Shown in pieces: positions 9,287 to 21,312 of a DNA stretch of 64,000 bases (position 1 is its first letter; each line of letters starts with the position of its first letter). The stretch is from Sporomusaceae bacterium (GTDB lineage Bacteria; Bacillota; Negativicutes; Acidaminococcales; JAJUGR01): NCBI GenBank assembly GCA_029265905.1, contig JAJUGR010000010.1, positions 10,791-74,790 of the forward strand, given 5' to 3'. Position numbers and translations under genes: made by a program. Under the pieces are notes generated by a model. The model was given only the letters and a program-made list of their open reading frames with translations, did no database searches and was not told the DNA's origin.

Positions 9287-10546
9287 TTGAAATTCGGTGA
9301 GGAAAAAGGTCAGTTGAAATGCTCATTCTGCGGAAAGCTGCAGGACCAGGTGCGCAAGCTTGTGGCCGGTCCGGGGGTTTATATTTGCGATGAGTGCATT
9401 GAATTGTGCAATGAGATCATTGAAGAAGAGTTGCACGAGCACGTTGGCGTTGAACTGAAGGACGTTCCTCGTCCTAAAGAAATCAAGGCCATCCTGGATC
9501 AATATGTTATCGGCCAGGAGGAAGCCAAGAAGTCGCTGGCGGTGGCTGTTTACAACCACTACAAGCGGGTGAATTTGGGCGGACGCGCGACCGGTGACGT
9601 GGAGTTGCAAAAATCCAACATTCTGATGCTGGGCCCGACCGGCAGCGGCAAAACCCTGCTGGCGCAAACACTGGCTAAGATTTTGAATGTCCCCTTTGCC
9701 ATCGCCGATGCAACCTCCTTGACAGAAGCGGGTTATGTCGGCGAGGATGTTGAGAACATCCTGCTGAAGCTGATTCAGGCGGCTGATTATGATGTGGAGC
9801 GCGCCGAACGGGGCATTATCTACATTGACGAAATCGACAAGATCGCCCGCAAGTCGGAGAATCCGTCGATTACGCGTGATGTGTCCGGCGAAGGCGTGCA
9901 ACAGGCCCTGCTGAAGATTTTGGAAGGGACGGTTGCCAGCGTGCCGCCGCAAGGCGGACGCAAGCATCCGCATCAGGAGTTCATTCAAATCGATACGACC
10001 AACATTTTGTTCCTGTGCGGCGGCGCTTTTGCCGGCATTGAGTCGATCATCGCCAGCCGGATCGGCGAGAAGACGATGGGCTTCGGCGCGGAAGTGCGGA
10101 GCAAGGTCAAGCAGCAAAACACGGAGCTGTTCCGCAAGGTACTGCCGGAAGACCTGCTGAAATTTGGCTTGATTCCGGAGTTTGTCGGTCGGCTGCCGGT
10201 CGTGGTGACGCTCGATTCGCTCGATGAGGCGGCGCTGATCCGTATCTTGCGCGAGCCGAAAAACGCTTTGATCAAGCAGTATCAAAAGTTCCTCGCGATG
10301 GACAACGTCGAGCTTGAATTCCGTGATGAAGCCCTGCAGGCGATCGCCCAGGAAGCGTTGAAGCGCAATACGGGCGCGCGTGGCTTGCGCTCCATTATTG
10401 AACGGATCATGCGCAACGTGATGTATGAAGTCCCGTCGCGGGATGACGTGAGCCGCTGCGTTGTTACGGAAGACGTGGTTCGCAGCCAGGAAGAGCCGAT
10501 GCTGATCTGCGATCGAAAGAAAAAGAAAAAGGACGTTTCCGCGTAA
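9287..10546 (+). CDS. clpX: ATP-dependent Clp protease ATP-binding subunit ClpX
   Basis: TTG start after GAGGTGA. Zinc-binding N-terminus CSFCGK...CDEC, Walker A GPTGSGKT, Walker [10 protein letters not shown]. Confidence 0.95.
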   Translation: MKFGEEKGQLKCSFCGKLQDQVRKLVAGPGVYICDECIELCNEIIEEELHEHVGVELKDVPRPKEIKAILDQYVIGQEEAKKSLAVAVYNHYKRVNLGGRATGDVELQKSNILMLGPTGSGKTLLAQTLAKILNVPFAIADATSLTEAGYVGEDVENILLKLIQAADYDVERAERGIIYIDEIDKIARKSENPSITRDVSGEGVQQALLKILEGTVASVPPQGGRKHPHQEFIQIDTTNILFLCGGAFAGIESIIASRIGEKTMGFGAEVRSKVKQQNTELFRKVLPEDLLKFGLIPEFVGRLPVVVTLDSLDEAALIRILREPKNALIKQYQKFLAMDNVELEFRDEALQAIAQEALKRNTGARGLRSIIERIMRNVMYEVPSRDDVSRCVVTEDVVRSQEEPMLICDRKKKKKDVSA

Positions 10547-10564
10547 GCTAGCCATAATTAAAAA

Positions 10565-10596
10565 GAAAAGAGCCTAACAGCTCTTTTCTTTTTTTG
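10565..10596 (+). terminator. Rho-independent terminator after clpX
   Basis: GAAAAGAGC (10565..10573) / GCTCTTTTC (10580..10588), 6-nt loop, then a T-run. Confidence 0.8.
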
Positions 10597-10702
10597 TGCT
10601 GGGCAGTGGGCAGGATTTCCTTTTTGCTGGTGCGAATAAATAGAAATGTGACATAGACGATAGACGACTTAGCCGCGGATGGTTAGGGGGAGATGCTTGG
10701 AT

Positions 10703-13021
10703 ATGGCTGAGAAAAAAGTGATACCGCTCTTGCCGCTCAGGGGACTGCTTGTCTTTCCGGCGGTAATCATGCATTTAGATGTCGGCAGGGCCAAGTCAAT
10801 CAGCGCGCTGGAAAGCGCGATGGTCAGCGACCGGCGGGTGCTGCTCGCCTCGCAAAAGGACGCTGACCTTGACGATCCGACGCCGGATGAGATTTACGAG
10901 ACTGGGACCGTCGCTGAAGTCCGGCAGTTGCTCAAACTGCCGGGGGGGAATTTGCGCGTGCTGGTTGAAGGGTTGCATCGAGGACGCATCAAGCGGTATG
11001 TTGACAATGCCAGCTACCTGGCGGTTGAGATCGAAGAGCTGCCTGTCGCCGAAGCGGTGACGCCGGAAACAGAAGCCTTGCGCCGCCTGCTCGTTGACCA
11101 GTTTGAACAGTGGGTCAAAATGAGCAAAAAAATTCCGCCGGAGACGCTCCTGACCGTGACCGGCGTATCCGATCCCGGCCGAATGGCCGATCTGGTGGCC
11201 GGCCATCTGGCCATGAAGCTGGAGGAAAAGCAGCAGGTTCTGGACACCATTGACGTCCGGGATCGCTTGAACCTGTTGTGTGACATGCTGGCCAAAGAAC
11301 TAAGCATTATGGAGATCGAAAAGAAGATTTCCCAGCGGGTGAGAAAACAAGTTGAGCGTTCGCAAAAGGAGTATTACCTGCGCGAACAGCTCAAGGCGAT
11401 TAACAAGGAACTGGGCGAAAAGGACGAAAAGGCCGCGGAAATTGAATCCTACCGCAAGCGCCTGGCCGAGGCTGGCGTGCCGAAAGACGTGGCGGAGAAG
11501 ATCAACCGGGAAATCGACCGCCTGGAGAAAATGCCCTCCATGACGGCCGAGACGGCGGTCATCCGCAATTACCTGGACTTTCTGCTGGCCTTGCCCTGGA
11601 ATAAGGAAACGGTTGAAAGCCTGGAACAGGAAGCGGCTGAAGCGGTTCTGGAAGCTGACCACTACGGGCTGGAGAAGGTCAAGGAGCGGATACTGGAATA
11701 TTTGGCGATCCGATCCCTGGCCGGCAGCATGAAAGGGCCGATCCTTTGCCTGGTCGGACCGCCAGGGGTGGGCAAGACTTCCTTGGCTAAATCGGTCGCG
11801 CGCGCGATGGAGCGCAACTTTATTCGCGTTTCCCTCGGCGGCGTGCGCGACGAGGCGGAAATCCGCGGCCACCGCCGCACCTATGTCGGCGCCTTGCCCG
11901 GACGGATCTTGCAGGGCATTCGCAATGCCGGCAGCAAAAACCCGGTTTTCCTGCTGGATGAAGTGGACAAAATGAGCAGCGATTTTCGCGGCGATCCTTC
12001 CTCGGCGCTCTTGGAAGTGCTTGATCCGGAGCAAAATGTCAGCTTCAGCGATCATTACGCCGAAGTCCCATTTGATTTGTCGCGTGTTTTCTGGATTGTG
12101 ACGGCGAATACCACGCACACGATTCCGCGCCCTCTGCTTGACCGCATGGAGGTCATCGAGATACCCGGTTATACGGAAGAGGAGAAGCTGGGCATTGCGG
12201 AGCGTTATCTGGTGCCGAAGCAAATTAAAGAGCATGGTTTGAAGCCGAGCTGGATCCGGTTTTCGCCGGAATCGGTGCTGGCGATCATCCGCGGCTACAC
12301 GCGGGAAGCCGGTGTACGCAGCCTGGAGCGATCGATCGCGACGGTTTGCCGCAAGGTGGCCCGGCAAATCGTGCAGCACAAGCGCAAGCGGGTTCAAGTG
12401 AGGGCTGATCGCCTGCAGGAGTTGCTGGGGTTGCCGAAATTCCATGAAGCGGATAAGGAACGCAATGCCGAAGTCGGGCTGGCGACGGGACTCGCCTGGA
12501 CGAGCGTCGGCGGCGATGTGCTGGAAGTGGAAGTGTCGGTGACGCCGGGCAAAGGTCGGATGGAACTGACCGGACAAATGGGCGACGTGATGAAGGAATC
12601 GGCTAAAGCCGGCTATACCTACATCCGCAGCCGCGCTTCGAGCTTGGGCATAGACGAAGCTTTTCACGAAAAATCGGATGTGCACGTTCATTTGCCGGAG
12701 GGGGCCATACCGAAGGACGGCCCCTCGGCCGGCATTACAATGGCCACGGCCATGGCCTCCGCTTTGACCGGACGGAAGGTGCCGCCTGATTTGGCGATGA
12801 CTGGGGAAATTACGCTGCGGGGGCGCGTCTTGCCTGTGGGCGGGATCAAAGAGAAGGTGCTGGCGGCGCATCGCTTCGGCATAAAACGGATTGTTCTGCC
12901 GGTTAAAAATGAGCGGGATCTGGATGAATTGCCGGCCAACATTCGCAAAGATTTGGCTTTTTTCCCGGTCAAGCATATGGATGAAGTGCTGGCAATAGCG
13001 TTGGAGGAAAAACATGGGTAG
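10703..13021 (+). CDS. lon: Lon protease (LonA type)
   Basis: The ATG at 10703 gives the N-terminus [14 protein letters not shown], typical of the Lon N-domain. Walker [10 protein letters not shown] and catalytic Ser context [14 protein letters not shown]. Confidence 0.95.
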   Translation: MAEKKVIPLLPLRGLLVFPAVIMHLDVGRAKSISALESAMVSDRRVLLASQKDADLDDPTPDEIYETGTVAEVRQLLKLPGGNLRVLVEGLHRGRIKRYVDNASYLAVEIEELPVAEAVTPETEALRRLLVDQFEQWVKMSKKIPPETLLTVTGVSDPGRMADLVAGHLAMKLEEKQQVLDTIDVRDRLNLLCDMLAKELSIMEIEKKISQRVRKQVERSQKEYYLREQLKAINKELGEKDEKAAEIESYRKRLAEAGVPKDVAEKINREIDRLEKMPSMTAETAVIRNYLDFLLALPWNKETVESLEQEAAEAVLEADHYGLEKVKERILEYLAIRSLAGSMKGPILCLVGPPGVGKTSLAKSVARAMERNFIRVSLGGVRDEAEIRGHRRTYVGALPGRILQGIRNAGSKNPVFLLDEVDKMSSDFRGDPSSALLEVLDPEQNVSFSDHYAEVPFDLSRVFWIVTANTTHTIPRPLLDRMEVIEIPGYTEEEKLGIAERYLVPKQIKEHGLKPSWIRFSPESVLAIIRGYTREAGVRSLERSIATVCRKVARQIVQHKRKRVQVRADRLQELLGLPKFHEADKERNAEVGLATGLAWTSVGGDVLEVEVSVTPGKGRMELTGQMGDVMKESAKAGYTYIRSRASSLGIDEAFHEKSDVHVHLPEGAIPKDGPSAGITMATAMASALTGRKVPPDLAMTGEITLRGRVLPVGGIKEKVLAAHRFGIKRIVLPVKNERDLDELPANIRKDLAFFPVKHMDEVLAIALEEKHG

Positions 13022-13649
13022 TGGCAACTGGGATTTTATTCGCGCCAAGTATTTGGCTTCGGCCGTCCGGGCGGATCAATATCCGACCGGCGGCCTGCAG
13101 GAGATAGCCTTTATTGGCCGCTCCAACGTCGGCAAGTCGTCTTTGATTAATTCGCTTTGCCGGCAAACTGGCTTGGCTCGCGTCAGTGCGACGCCGGGGA
13201 AAACGCAAACGATAAATTTCTATGAAATTGCCGCCAAGGAGACGGCGACGGATCGGCGGGAGCAGTTTTATTTGGTCGATCTGCCTGGCTATGGGTATGC
13301 GAAAGCCTCCAAGGGGGCCAAGTCCCAATGGTCGGTGTTTATCCGCCAGTATTTGTCCGGCTCGCGCAATTTGCAGCTGGTTTGCCAACTGATTGACATC
13401 CGGCATCCGCTGATGGAGAGCGATCAGGAAGGTTATCACTGGCTGATTGGCAATGGGCTGCCGGTACAGATCATCTTGACGAAAGCGGATAAACTGTCGC
13501 GCCAGGAAATGACCAAGCAGCATCAGGCCTTGTCACGCGCCCTGGGCTTGACGCCCGATCGCGTCATTGTTTATTCCAGTGTGCAGCACACCGGGCGGGC
13601 AGAACTGCTCAACCGCATCGGCAGGCTGTTGTGGCCGATGCCAACCTGA
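13014..13649 (+). CDS. engB: Ribosome biogenesis GTP-binding protein YsxC/EngB
   Basis: 211 aa with G1 [10 protein letters not shown]3 DLPGYG and G4 TKADK. Overlaps the lon stop by 8 nt. Confidence 0.9.
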   Translation: MGSGNWDFIRAKYLASAVRADQYPTGGLQEIAFIGRSNVGKSSLINSLCRQTGLARVSATPGKTQTINFYEIAAKETATDRREQFYLVDLPGYGYAKASKGAKSQWSVFIRQYLSGSRNLQLVCQLIDIRHPLMESDQEGYHWLIGNGLPVQIILTKADKLSRQEMTKQHQALSRALGLTPDRVIVYSSVQHTGRAELLNRIGRLLWPMPT

Positions 13650-13664
13650 TAGAAAGTGTCTTTT

Positions 13665-13695
13665 AGCGTAGTTTTAGCGACTACGCTTTTTCTTT
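13665..13695 (+). terminator. Rho-independent terminator after engB
   Basis: AGCGTAGT (13665..13672) / ACTACGCT (13680..13687) followed by TTTTTCTTT. Confidence 0.7.
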
Positions 13696-13745
13696 CGCAA
13701 TTTTTGCTGTAGAATGTCAATAGACAATTTTTGCGGGGAGGGGTT

Positions 13746-14813
13746 ATGATGAGGCAAACTATTCCGGTCATCTTTGCTGCCATGTGCACGGCACAAGTGT
13801 TTGCTTTGGCGAAAGTCCCTCTGGCGTGGATGTTGGGGCCTTTGGCGGCGGGGCTGTTTTGGCTGTTGGTCCGCAAACAGGATTTTTATTGGCCAACCAG
13901 ATGGCGCAACTGGTCGTTGCTGCCGATTGGCTACGGCATGGGAAAATACGTGACCCTTCATACGGTGAACCAGATCATTGTGCAGCTGCCGGGCATGGTG
14001 GCGGCAACCGCCATCATGCTGCTGGCCTGCTATTATTTGGCCCGGCTGACCGCCAGCGGAGCAGGCTTGTCGACTGCCAGCAGCATCCTCGGCAGCACGC
14101 CGGGCGGTCTGTCGCAGATGGCTGTGCTTGGGGAAGAGTTTGAAAACACGGACCTAGCTGCGATCACGTTTATGCAGACTGCCCGCGTGTTGGGGGTGGT
14201 TTGCATTGTCCCGTTTTTGGCTGTGCATGGCTTGGCCGGCGAGCGGACGGCAGCAGCGCCGCCAATGCTGGCGATGTCCGCCGCACCGCTTGGCCTTGCC
14301 GGCTGGCTGGCTGTCAGCCTGCTGGTTGTGGCCGGGGCCTGGCTGGCGGTTAAGTGGCGCTGGCCGACGCCGTATATGATGGGACCGGTTTTTACCGTCG
14401 CCCTGGCATCGCTGTTTCACGGACCGCTGCCCGGCTTGCCGGTTTCGGTCATGAACGGCGCGCAGTTGGTGATGGGCCTGTATCTGGCGAAAAAATTTCA
14501 AACTAGTGAAGCGAGCGAGGGCGCAACATCAAATTGGCGGCTGCTTTTCTTTTTCACGGCTGTCGGCGTGTTGCTGATGATTGTCGTCTCGCTGGCCTTA
14601 GCCTGGGGCTTGGCGAGCGTGTATCATTTTTCGCTTACAACCGCTTTTTTGGCTATGGCGCCCGGCGGGATCGCCGAAATGGGGCTCACAGGCATTGCCT
14701 TGGGGGAAGACGTATCGATTATTTTTGCCTACCAATTGTTCCGTTTGCTGTTCGTGCTGGGCGTGCTGCCCATGTTGCTGCGCAAACTGCTGTTTCGGAG
14801 CAGTCTTGTGTAG
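13746..14813 (+). CDS. AbrB-family (duplicated AbrB / putative ammonia-monooxygenase-like) integral membrane protein; function unknown
   Basis: ATGATG at 13746 follows GGGGAGGGG. About 10 hydrophobic segments with an internal duplication. Family assignment is from recalled resemblance only. Confidence 0.55.
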   Translation: MMRQTIPVIFAAMCTAQVFALAKVPLAWMLGPLAAGLFWLLVRKQDFYWPTRWRNWSLLPIGYGMGKYVTLHTVNQIIVQLPGMVAATAIMLLACYYLARLTASGAGLSTASSILGSTPGGLSQMAVLGEEFENTDLAAITFMQTARVLGVVCIVPFLAVHGLAGERTAAAPPMLAMSAAPLGLAGWLAVSLLVVAGAWLAVKWRWPTPYMMGPVFTVALASLFHGPLPGLPVSVMNGAQLVMGLYLAKKFQTSEASEGATSNWRLLFFFTAVGVLLMIVVSLALAWGLASVYHFSLTTAFLAMAPGGIAEMGLTGIALGEDVSIIFAYQLFRLLFVLGVLPMLLRKLLFRSSLV

Positions 14814-14853
14814 CGTCTAGCTAAGCCGGGAGTGTGGCTTGAGGGGGAAAAAC

Positions 14854-15582
14854 ATGTTTCAACAGGTGAAGACAAAAAAAGTATATGAAGAGATTGTCGG
14901 ACAAATTAAGGCGCTTATTGTGGATGGCAGGCTGCAACCGGGCGACAAGCTTGCTTCCGAGCGGGATTTGTCCGAACAGCTCGGGGTCAGCCGCGCCTCC
15001 GTGCGGGAAGCGCTTAGCGCGCTAGAGATGTCAGGCATTATTGAAATACGGTCCGGGGAGGGCAGTTTTGTCAGACAGGTGTCTTTCGCCGGGCTGATGG
15101 CGCCTTTGTCGTTTTGCCTTCGGGTTGAGTCGAAAGAAATGGTGCATTTCCTCGAGGTGAGGCGCATGCTGGAAGCGGAAGCCGCGGCGCTGGCCGCTTT
15201 GCGGGCCGGAGAGGCCGAACAGGAGGAGATCAGAAGGTCGCTGGAGATGATGCGGGCGGAAATTGTCGCCGGCGGTTTTGGTGACGATGGCGACACGGCC
15301 TTTCATGCCGCAGTCGCAAAGGCGGCCCAAAATCCAATCCTCGACCAGTTGATGGGGGTTATCACCGAATTGATGAGCAATACTTTCCGCAGCGTCAGAC
15401 AGAAAATGTTTCTGGCCCCCGGGGTTGCAGACAGCATCTACGCTTCGCATGTCGACATCTATCGGGCGATCGTTTGCCGTGACCCCCAGGCGGCTCGGCT
15501 CGGCATGCGCAAGCATTTGTTTTTGCTCGAGCAGGCTTCGCAGCAAACCGCGGAGGTGCCCGGACAAGCCAACAACGCTTGA
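14854..15582 (+). CDS. GntR/FadR-family transcriptional regulator (wHTH plus FCD domain)
   Basis: The ATG at 14854 follows GAGGGGG. N-terminal GntR signature LASERDLSEQLGVSRASVREAL, then an all-helical FCD-like C-terminal domain. Confidence 0.85.
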   Translation: MFQQVKTKKVYEEIVGQIKALIVDGRLQPGDKLASERDLSEQLGVSRASVREALSALEMSGIIEIRSGEGSFVRQVSFAGLMAPLSFCLRVESKEMVHFLEVRRMLEAEAAALAALRAGEAEQEEIRRSLEMMRAEIVAGGFGDDGDTAFHAAVAKAAQNPILDQLMGVITELMSNTFRSVRQKMFLAPGVADSIYASHVDIYRAIVCRDPQAARLGMRKHLFLLEQASQQTAEVPGQANNA

Positions 15583-15607
15583 CACCCGGCAATCCTGCTG
15601 GTAAGAT
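15579..15607 (+). promoter_or_regulatory. Promoter candidate for the valS leader
   Basis: TTGACA (15579..15584, overlapping the GntR stop), 17-nt spacer, TAAGAT (15602..15607). Confidence 0.5.
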
Positions 15608-15613
15608 AGGCGT

Positions 15614-15866
15614 ATCGGAAAAATGACAACGGCAACGAACGGAAAGAGTAATTGTTGTGCGCCTCACAAGAGAGAAAGCCCCCGGCTGAAAGGCTTTCAG
15701 GCAGTCAGGCAGTGAAGTCGTCCGGGAGCCGGCAAAGTGAAAGCCAGTAGCTTTGTCCGCGGGCAACGCGTTATGTTGCCGAGAGTGCCTGCCGGCGTGC
15801 AGGAATCAGGGTGGTACCGCGGAATAACCTTCCGTCCTTGCTTAAGGACAGAGGGTTTTTATTTTT
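15614..15866 (+). promoter_or_regulatory. T-box leader, probable valine specifier GUC
   Basis: AGAGAGAAAG stem I element and candidate specifier GAA-GUC-G (GUC at 15717..15719). T-box sequence CAGGGTGGTACCGCGG (15807..15822). Terminator hairpin plus TTTTTATTTTT ending near 15866. Sits upstream of valS. Confidence 0.85.
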
Positions 15867-15885
15867 GTGCAGGGAGGAACTGTTA

Positions 15886-18537
15886 GTGGACAAGACAATT
15901 TCTACCGTATATGATCCGAAACAAGTAGAGGAAAAGTGGTACAAGGAATGGGAAGCGCGGGGCTACTTCCATGCGGAGGTCAAGCCGGACGATCCCGCCT
16001 TCAGCATTGTCATTCCGCCCCCGAACGTGACGGGGCAGCTGCATATGGGCCATGCGCTCGACAACACGCTGCAGGATATCCTGATCCGCTGGCGGCGCAT
16101 GCAGGGCTACAACACGCTGTGGATGCCGGGCAGCGACCATGCCGGCATTGCGACGCAGATTAAAGTGGAAGAGAATCTCAAGAACGAGGAAAACATCACG
16201 CGCTATGACCTGGGCCGCGAGAAGTTCATTGAGCGCGTCTGGGAGTGGAAAGAACAGTACGGCAGCCGGATTTTAAACCAGTTGAAGCGGCTCGGGGCCT
16301 CTTGCGACTGGCAGCGCGAGCGCTTCACCATGGACGAGGGCTGCTCGAAGGCCGTGCGCGAGGTGTTTGTCAGCCTCTACGAGCAGGGCCTGATCTACCA
16401 GGGCAGCCGCATCACCAACTGGTGCGTGCGCTGCCACACGGCCTTGAGCGACATTGAAGTCGAGCATGAGGATCAGCCCGGCAAGCTTTGGCACGTCCGC
16501 TACCCGGTCGTCGGCGAAGACGGCATTTACCTGACGGTGGCGACGACCCGCCCGGAAACGATCCTCGGCGATACCGGCGTGGCGGTCCACCCGGAGGACG
16601 AGCGCTACAAGCATTTGATCGGCAAGGAGCTGCTGCTGCCGATCGTCGGCCGCAAGATCCCGGTGATCGCCGACAGCTATGTCGACCCGGCTTTCGGCAC
16701 GGGCGCGGTCAAGGTGACGCCGGCCCACGACCCGAACGATTTTGAAATGGGCGTCCGCCATGACCTGCCGCATGTTGTTGTGATCGGCATGGACGGCAAC
16801 ATGCTGCCGGAAGCGGGCAAATATGAGGGAATGGACCGCTACGCTTGCCGCAAGGTGCTGGTGGCGGATCTGGAGGAAGCCGGCTATCTGGTCAAGGTTG
16901 AAGAGCATCAGCATTCTGTCGGCCATTGCCAGCGCTGCCACACGGTCGTCGAGCCGCTAGTCTCCAAGCAGTGGTTTGTCAAGATGGCGCCGTTGGCCAA
17001 ACCGGCGTTGGATGTGGTCAATGACGGTCGGGTGCAGTTTGTCCCCGAGCGCTTCACCAAAACCTACACCAACTGGCTGGAGAATATCCGCGACTGGTGC
17101 ATTTCCCGGCAGATCTGGTGGGGTCATCAGATCCCGGCCTGGTACTGCGACGACTGCGGCGAAACGATTGTCTCGCGCACGGACGTGACGGTCTGCCCGA
17201 AATGCGGCGGCGCCGTCCGTCAGGACGAGGATGTGCTCGACACCTGGTTCAGCTCCGGCCTCTGGCCGTTTTCCACGATGGGCTGGCCGGAGGACACGGC
17301 GGAATTGCGCCAGTTCTATCCGACGAGCGTTCTGGTGACGGGCTACGACATCATTTTCTTCTGGGTCGCCCGCATGATCATGCTGGGCATGGCCTTCCGC
17401 CAGGAAGTGCCGTTCAGGCACGTGTTCATCCACGGCCTTGTGCGCGACTCGCAGGGCCGCAAAATGTCCAAATCCCTCGGCAACGGCATCGATCCGCTGG
17501 AAGTCATCGAGCAGTACGGCGCCGACACGCTGCGCTTCATGCTCATTACCGGCAACACGCCGGGCAATGACATGCGCTTTTACTGGGAGCGCGTTGAATC
17601 AAGCCGCAATTTTGCCAACAAGATCTGGAACGCCTCGCGCTTTGTCATGATGAATTTGGACGGCTACGACGCCGCGGCGCCCAAGGCCCCGTACACGCTG
17701 GCGGACGAGTGGATTCTCTCGCGCCTCCAGCAGACGGTGCGCGACGTGACGAACATGCTGGAAAACTACGAATTAGGCGAAGCCGGCCGCCTGCTGTATG
17801 AATTCATTTGGAACGAATTCTGCGACTGGTACATCGAGCTGGCGAAAGCCCGCCTCTACAACCACGAGGCGGCCGAAGCGCGGGCGACGGCCCAGTCGGT
17901 GTTGTGCTCGGTGCTGGAGGCGGCGATGCGCCTTCTGCATCCGTTCATGCCGTTTATTACCGAAGAAATCTGGCAGTGCCTGCCGCACGACGGCGCGACG
18001 ATTGTTCTGAAGACCTGGCCGAAAGCGGACGAAGCCCTGCTCAATCCGGCGGCGGAGAGCCAGATGAACCTGATGATGGATGTGATCAAGGCGATCCGCA
18101 ACATGCGCGCCGAGCTCAACGTGCCGCCCGGCAAAAAGAGCCCTGCGTTGCTGCAGGTCGCCACGGACGAGTTGGCGGCGCTGTTTGACAACAACAGCGG
18201 CTACTTGCGGACGCTGGGGGCGGTCGACAACCTGACAATCGGCCGGCTCGATGACGCCAAGCCCGAGCATGCGATGACGGCGGTGGCCAGCGGCGTCGAG
18301 ATTTATCTGCCGATCGGCGGTCTGATCGACGTGCCGAAGGAAACGCAGCGCCTGCAAAAGGAGCTTGACTCGCTGGACAAGGAAATTGCCCGCGTGGAGG
18401 GCAAGTTGTCCAATGCAGGATTTTTGGCCAAGGCGCCGAATGATGTGGTGGAAAAGGAACAGGCCAAGGCGGCCGAGTACCGCGAAAAACGCCAGTCGAT
18501 CCAAGAGCGCATTGCGTACCTGGCGAGCCTGGTCTAA
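15886..18537 (+). CDS. valS: Valine--tRNA ligase
   Basis: GTG at 15886 follows AGGGAGGA; the ORF-track start at 15811 lies inside the T-box terminator. HIGH motif (LHMGHA), KMSKS motif and a C-terminal coiled coil. Confidence 0.95.
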   Translation: MDKTISTVYDPKQVEEKWYKEWEARGYFHAEVKPDDPAFSIVIPPPNVTGQLHMGHALDNTLQDILIRWRRMQGYNTLWMPGSDHAGIATQIKVEENLKNEENITRYDLGREKFIERVWEWKEQYGSRILNQLKRLGASCDWQRERFTMDEGCSKAVREVFVSLYEQGLIYQGSRITNWCVRCHTALSDIEVEHEDQPGKLWHVRYPVVGEDGIYLTVATTRPETILGDTGVAVHPEDERYKHLIGKELLLPIVGRKIPVIADSYVDPAFGTGAVKVTPAHDPNDFEMGVRHDLPHVVVIGMDGNMLPEAGKYEGMDRYACRKVLVADLEEAGYLVKVEEHQHSVGHCQRCHTVVEPLVSKQWFVKMAPLAKPALDVVNDGRVQFVPERFTKTYTNWLENIRDWCISRQIWWGHQIPAWYCDDCGETIVSRTDVTVCPKCGGAVRQDEDVLDTWFSSGLWPFSTMGWPEDTAELRQFYPTSVLVTGYDIIFFWVARMIMLGMAFRQEVPFRHVFIHGLVRDSQGRKMSKSLGNGIDPLEVIEQYGADTLRFMLITGNTPGNDMRFYWERVESSRNFANKIWNASRFVMMNLDGYDAAAPKAPYTLADEWILSRLQQTVRDVTNMLENYELGEAGRLLYEFIWNEFCDWYIELAKARLYNHEAAEARATAQSVLCSVLEAAMRLLHPFMPFITEEIWQCLPHDGATIVLKTWPKADEALLNPAAESQMNLMMDVIKAIRNMRAELNVPPGKKSPALLQVATDELAALFDNNSGYLRTLGAVDNLTIGRLDDAKPEHAMTAVASGVEIYLPIGGLIDVPKETQRLQKELDSLDKEIARVEGKLSNAGFLAKAPNDVVEKEQAKAAEYREKRQSIQERIAYLASLV

Positions 18538-18548
18538 AAAAAACAACT

Positions 18549-18580
18549 GCAAGGTGGCGATTTTTCGCCACCTTGCTTTA
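18549..18580 (+). terminator. Hairpin/terminator between valS and folC
   Basis: GCAAGGTGGCGA (18549..18560) / TCGCCACCTTGC (18565..18576), loop TTTT, then TTTATA. The weak T-tail suggests it is partially read through into folC. Confidence 0.55.
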
Positions 18581-18593
18581 TAGGGGTGGGAGC

Positions 18594-19901
18594 ATGACGA
18601 GTTACGAAGCAGCGGTAGCCTACCTGGAGAGCATCGGGGTGTTCGGCAGCCAGCTGGGCTTGGCACGGATTGAAGCGCTGCTGGACAAAATGGGGCGTCC
18701 GGAAAAAAAATATCCCTGCATTCATGTGACGGGGACGAACGGCAAGGGCTCAACCTCCGCGATGCTGGCCGCGATCGCCAGGGCGGCGGGGCTGCAAACC
18801 GGCCTGTACACGTCGCCGCATTTGAGCGATTATCCGGAGCGGATCCAGGTGAACGGTCAGGCGGTTGATAGGGCGGCGTTCGGCGCAGCGGTGGCGGCGG
18901 CGCGGGCGGCGGCCGACGCGCTGGTCGCCGGCGGCATGGAGCAGCCGACGCAGTTTGAAATTTTGACGGCGGCGGGCTTCTGGCATTTTGCCGCCGTCAA
19001 GGTGGACTTGGCGATTATTGAAGTCGGCCTCGGCGGCCTGCTGGACTCGACGAACGTGATCACGCCGCTCTGCTCAGTCATTACGAACGTGGCGCTCGAA
19101 CACGCCGACCGTTGCGGCGGCACGCTGGACGGCGTCGTCGAGCACAAGGGCGGGATCATCAAGCCGGGCGTGCCGGCAGCGACGGCGGCCCAGGGGCCGG
19201 CGCTTGAGGCGCTGCGCGCGATCGCGCGCGCCAAGCAGGCGCCGTTTTATTGCGAAAGCGAGGCCTGGCAGGTGAGCGGAGTTTCTGTTTCGCGCCAAGG
19301 CACGCGGTTTCATTACGAGGGGTTGGGCGCAAAAGCTTGGTATGAAATTCGCCTTGTCGGACGCCACCAGGCGAACAACGCCGCTCTGGCAGTCTCGGTC
19401 ATGCGCCTTGTGCTGCCGCAGTTTTTCGTCAGCGGCGAGCAGTTGGAAAACGCGGTTCGCCAAGGGCTGGCCGAAGCGCGCTGGCCGGGGCGGATGGAAG
19501 CGGTGCCGCACCACAAAGACTGGTGGATCGACGGGGCGCACAATCCGCACGGTGCGGCGGGGCTGCGGGCGGCGCTCGATGAACTTTACCCGCACCAGCC
19601 GGTCACGTTTGTCTTGGGCATCCTGGCGGACAAGGACCGGCGCGGAATGCTGGAGCTTTTGGTCAGGCCCGAGGACAAGGTGATCGTGGTGCCGGTTCAT
19701 TCCGAGCGGGCGGCGTCGCCTGCGGACATTGCCCGGGAGATACAGACTGTTACCCCGCCGGTCGCCGTTGACAGCCTGGCGGACGGCCTCGCGCTGGCGG
19801 AGCGGGAGACAGGCATCGTTTGCATTGCCGGCTCGCTCTACTTGATTGGCGAAGTGCGGGAGCGCCTGTGGCTGGACAAAGAACCGCCAACTACAGTATA
19901 A
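18594..19901 (+). CDS. folC: Bifunctional folylpolyglutamate synthase / dihydrofolate synthase
   Basis: The ATG at 18594 follows GGGTGGGA. Mur-ligase P-loop VTGTNGKGST and a FolC-type domain layout. Confidence 0.9.
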   Translation: MTSYEAAVAYLESIGVFGSQLGLARIEALLDKMGRPEKKYPCIHVTGTNGKGSTSAMLAAIARAAGLQTGLYTSPHLSDYPERIQVNGQAVDRAAFGAAVAAARAAADALVAGGMEQPTQFEILTAAGFWHFAAVKVDLAIIEVGLGGLLDSTNVITPLCSVITNVALEHADRCGGTLDGVVEHKGGIIKPGVPAATAAQGPALEALRAIARAKQAPFYCESEAWQVSGVSVSRQGTRFHYEGLGAKAWYEIRLVGRHQANNAALAVSVMRLVLPQFFVSGEQLENAVRQGLAEARWPGRMEAVPHHKDWWIDGAHNPHGAAGLRAALDELYPHQPVTFVLGILADKDRRGMLELLVRPEDKVIVVPVHSERAASPADIAREIQTVTPPVAVDSLADGLALAERETGIVCIAGSLYLIGEVRERLWLDKEPPTTV

Positions 19902-19907
19902 TAATGT

Positions 19908-21221
19908 ATGCTTGAAAAATTGCTGCGTGAGGCAAAGTGGAGGCAAGTGCGCGTGTCTGATTGGATGAAGTGGCTAAATGAACGCTGTGGCGAGGGACTG
20001 GCCGCCTATCTGGCTGTTTTGGCCTTCTTTTTGCCGTTATCGCCTAATGTGACAAATCACTTGCTTGTCCCTTTGCCGTTTTTGCTGCTGTGGGCGTGGC
20101 GGCAAAAACAGCTGGCGCATCTGACCGAACGGCGGGCGGCCGGCTTGTTTGGCGCCTTCGCGCTTGTCGGGGCGCTGTCATTGGCTGTGTCGCCCCGGTT
20201 TTTTGAAAGCGCCTATAACTACGTGTACCTGATGGGGCGCTATGTCCTAATTTACTTTGCCATTCTGCTGGGAATACAGACTCGCCCGCAGGCGTATCGC
20301 GTGGTGGGCGCCGTTTTGGCCTCTTCGCTGTTTGTAAGCGGCTATGGCATTTACCAGTATTTTCACGGGGTTGCCATGCTGACCTCCGAGTGGGTGGACG
20401 TCGCGCAATTTCCCACGTTGAAAACGCGCGCTTTTTCGACGCTGCAAAACCCGAACTTGCTGGCGGCCTTCCTGCTGATGGTCATGAGCTTGGCGGGCGG
20501 AATTTTCTTTTCCACTGCCAAGCTGCGTTTTCGGCTGCCCTTGCTGCTGGTGGGCGGCGTGGCGCTGTTGTGCCTGATTTTCACTTATTCACGCGGCGCT
20601 TGGGTCAGCCTTGTTTTTATCACGGTCATTTGCGGTGTTTTGTTCAGCCGCCGTTTGCTCTGGGTGCTTGGTCCTGCCTTGGGCGTGATCGGCTTTTTCG
20701 CCCGGGATTTGGTTGTAGCACGCGTGGTTTCCATCTTCAACCCTACTGACACGTCATCCACCTTGCGCATGGCGCTGTGGGAAAGCACCTGGGGCATGAT
20801 TGCCGACCATCCTGTCACAGGCATCGGCTGGGGCGCGTATCAGTTCGTTTATCCGACTTATGACTTTTTCGTTCTGGATCCGGGCACGATCATTTTCCAT
20901 GCCCACAACTTGTATTTAAATATTGCCGCCGAGTTGGGCTTGCCTGGCATCGCATTGTTCTTGCTGGCGCTTTCGGCCCACCTGGCCATCGGTTTTCGGG
21001 TGCTGCGCCATACGCGCATGCCGGAGCAGCGGGGCGTTGTGATCGGTCTGATCGCGATCATCATCGGCGTATTGGTAAACGGCATGACAGATTACGCCTT
21101 GTTCAACATCGAGATTTCGATGTTGTTCTGGCTGCTGGTCGCGCTGCTGGGGGTATTTTCGCGTTGCGCGCTGCGCGAAGGGGTTTCTGAGGAAAATTTA
21201 AACATGGATGCAAAAATGTGA
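19908..21221 (+). CDS. O-antigen ligase / Wzy_C-family polytopic membrane protein
   Basis: 437 aa with about 12 TM segments and a YSRGAWVS motif region typical of the O-antigen polymerase/ligase family. No clear RBS, so the start is uncertain. Confidence 0.6.
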   Translation: MLEKLLREAKWRQVRVSDWMKWLNERCGEGLAAYLAVLAFFLPLSPNVTNHLLVPLPFLLLWAWRQKQLAHLTERRAAGLFGAFALVGALSLAVSPRFFESAYNYVYLMGRYVLIYFAILLGIQTRPQAYRVVGAVLASSLFVSGYGIYQYFHGVAMLTSEWVDVAQFPTLKTRAFSTLQNPNLLAAFLLMVMSLAGGIFFSTAKLRFRLPLLLVGGVALLCLIFTYSRGAWVSLVFITVICGVLFSRRLLWVLGPALGVIGFFARDLVVARVVSIFNPTDTSSTLRMALWESTWGMIADHPVTGIGWGAYQFVYPTYDFFVLDPGTIIFHAHNLYLNIAAELGLPGIALFLLALSAHLAIGFRVLRHTRMPEQRGVVIGLIAIIIGVLVNGMTDYALFNIEISMLFWLLVALLGVFSRCALREGVSEENLNMDAKM

Positions 21222-21248
21222 GAGGAAGGTACAACCTTCCTCTTTTTT
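21221..21248 (+). terminator. Rho-independent terminator
   Basis: AGAGGAAGG (21221..21229) / CCTTCCTCT (21235..21243), then TTTTTT. Confidence 0.8.
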
Positions 21249-21312
21249 ACTGTAGGAAAAAGTATTTTTGTGTCGAATTATGATTAATATGCATTTTTTT
21301 TGCGGTTGGCAA

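Noticed and set aside
9323-10555. 410-aa ORF antisense to clpX. Similar long antisense ORFs lie at 7697..8908 (tig), 11300..13048 (lon), 16273..16941 and 17773..18753 (valS).
   Set aside because: The opposite strand encodes unmistakable conserved proteins with RBSs. The antisense products are Arg/Ala/His-rich with no motifs, which is typical of open antisense frames in GC-rich coding DNA.
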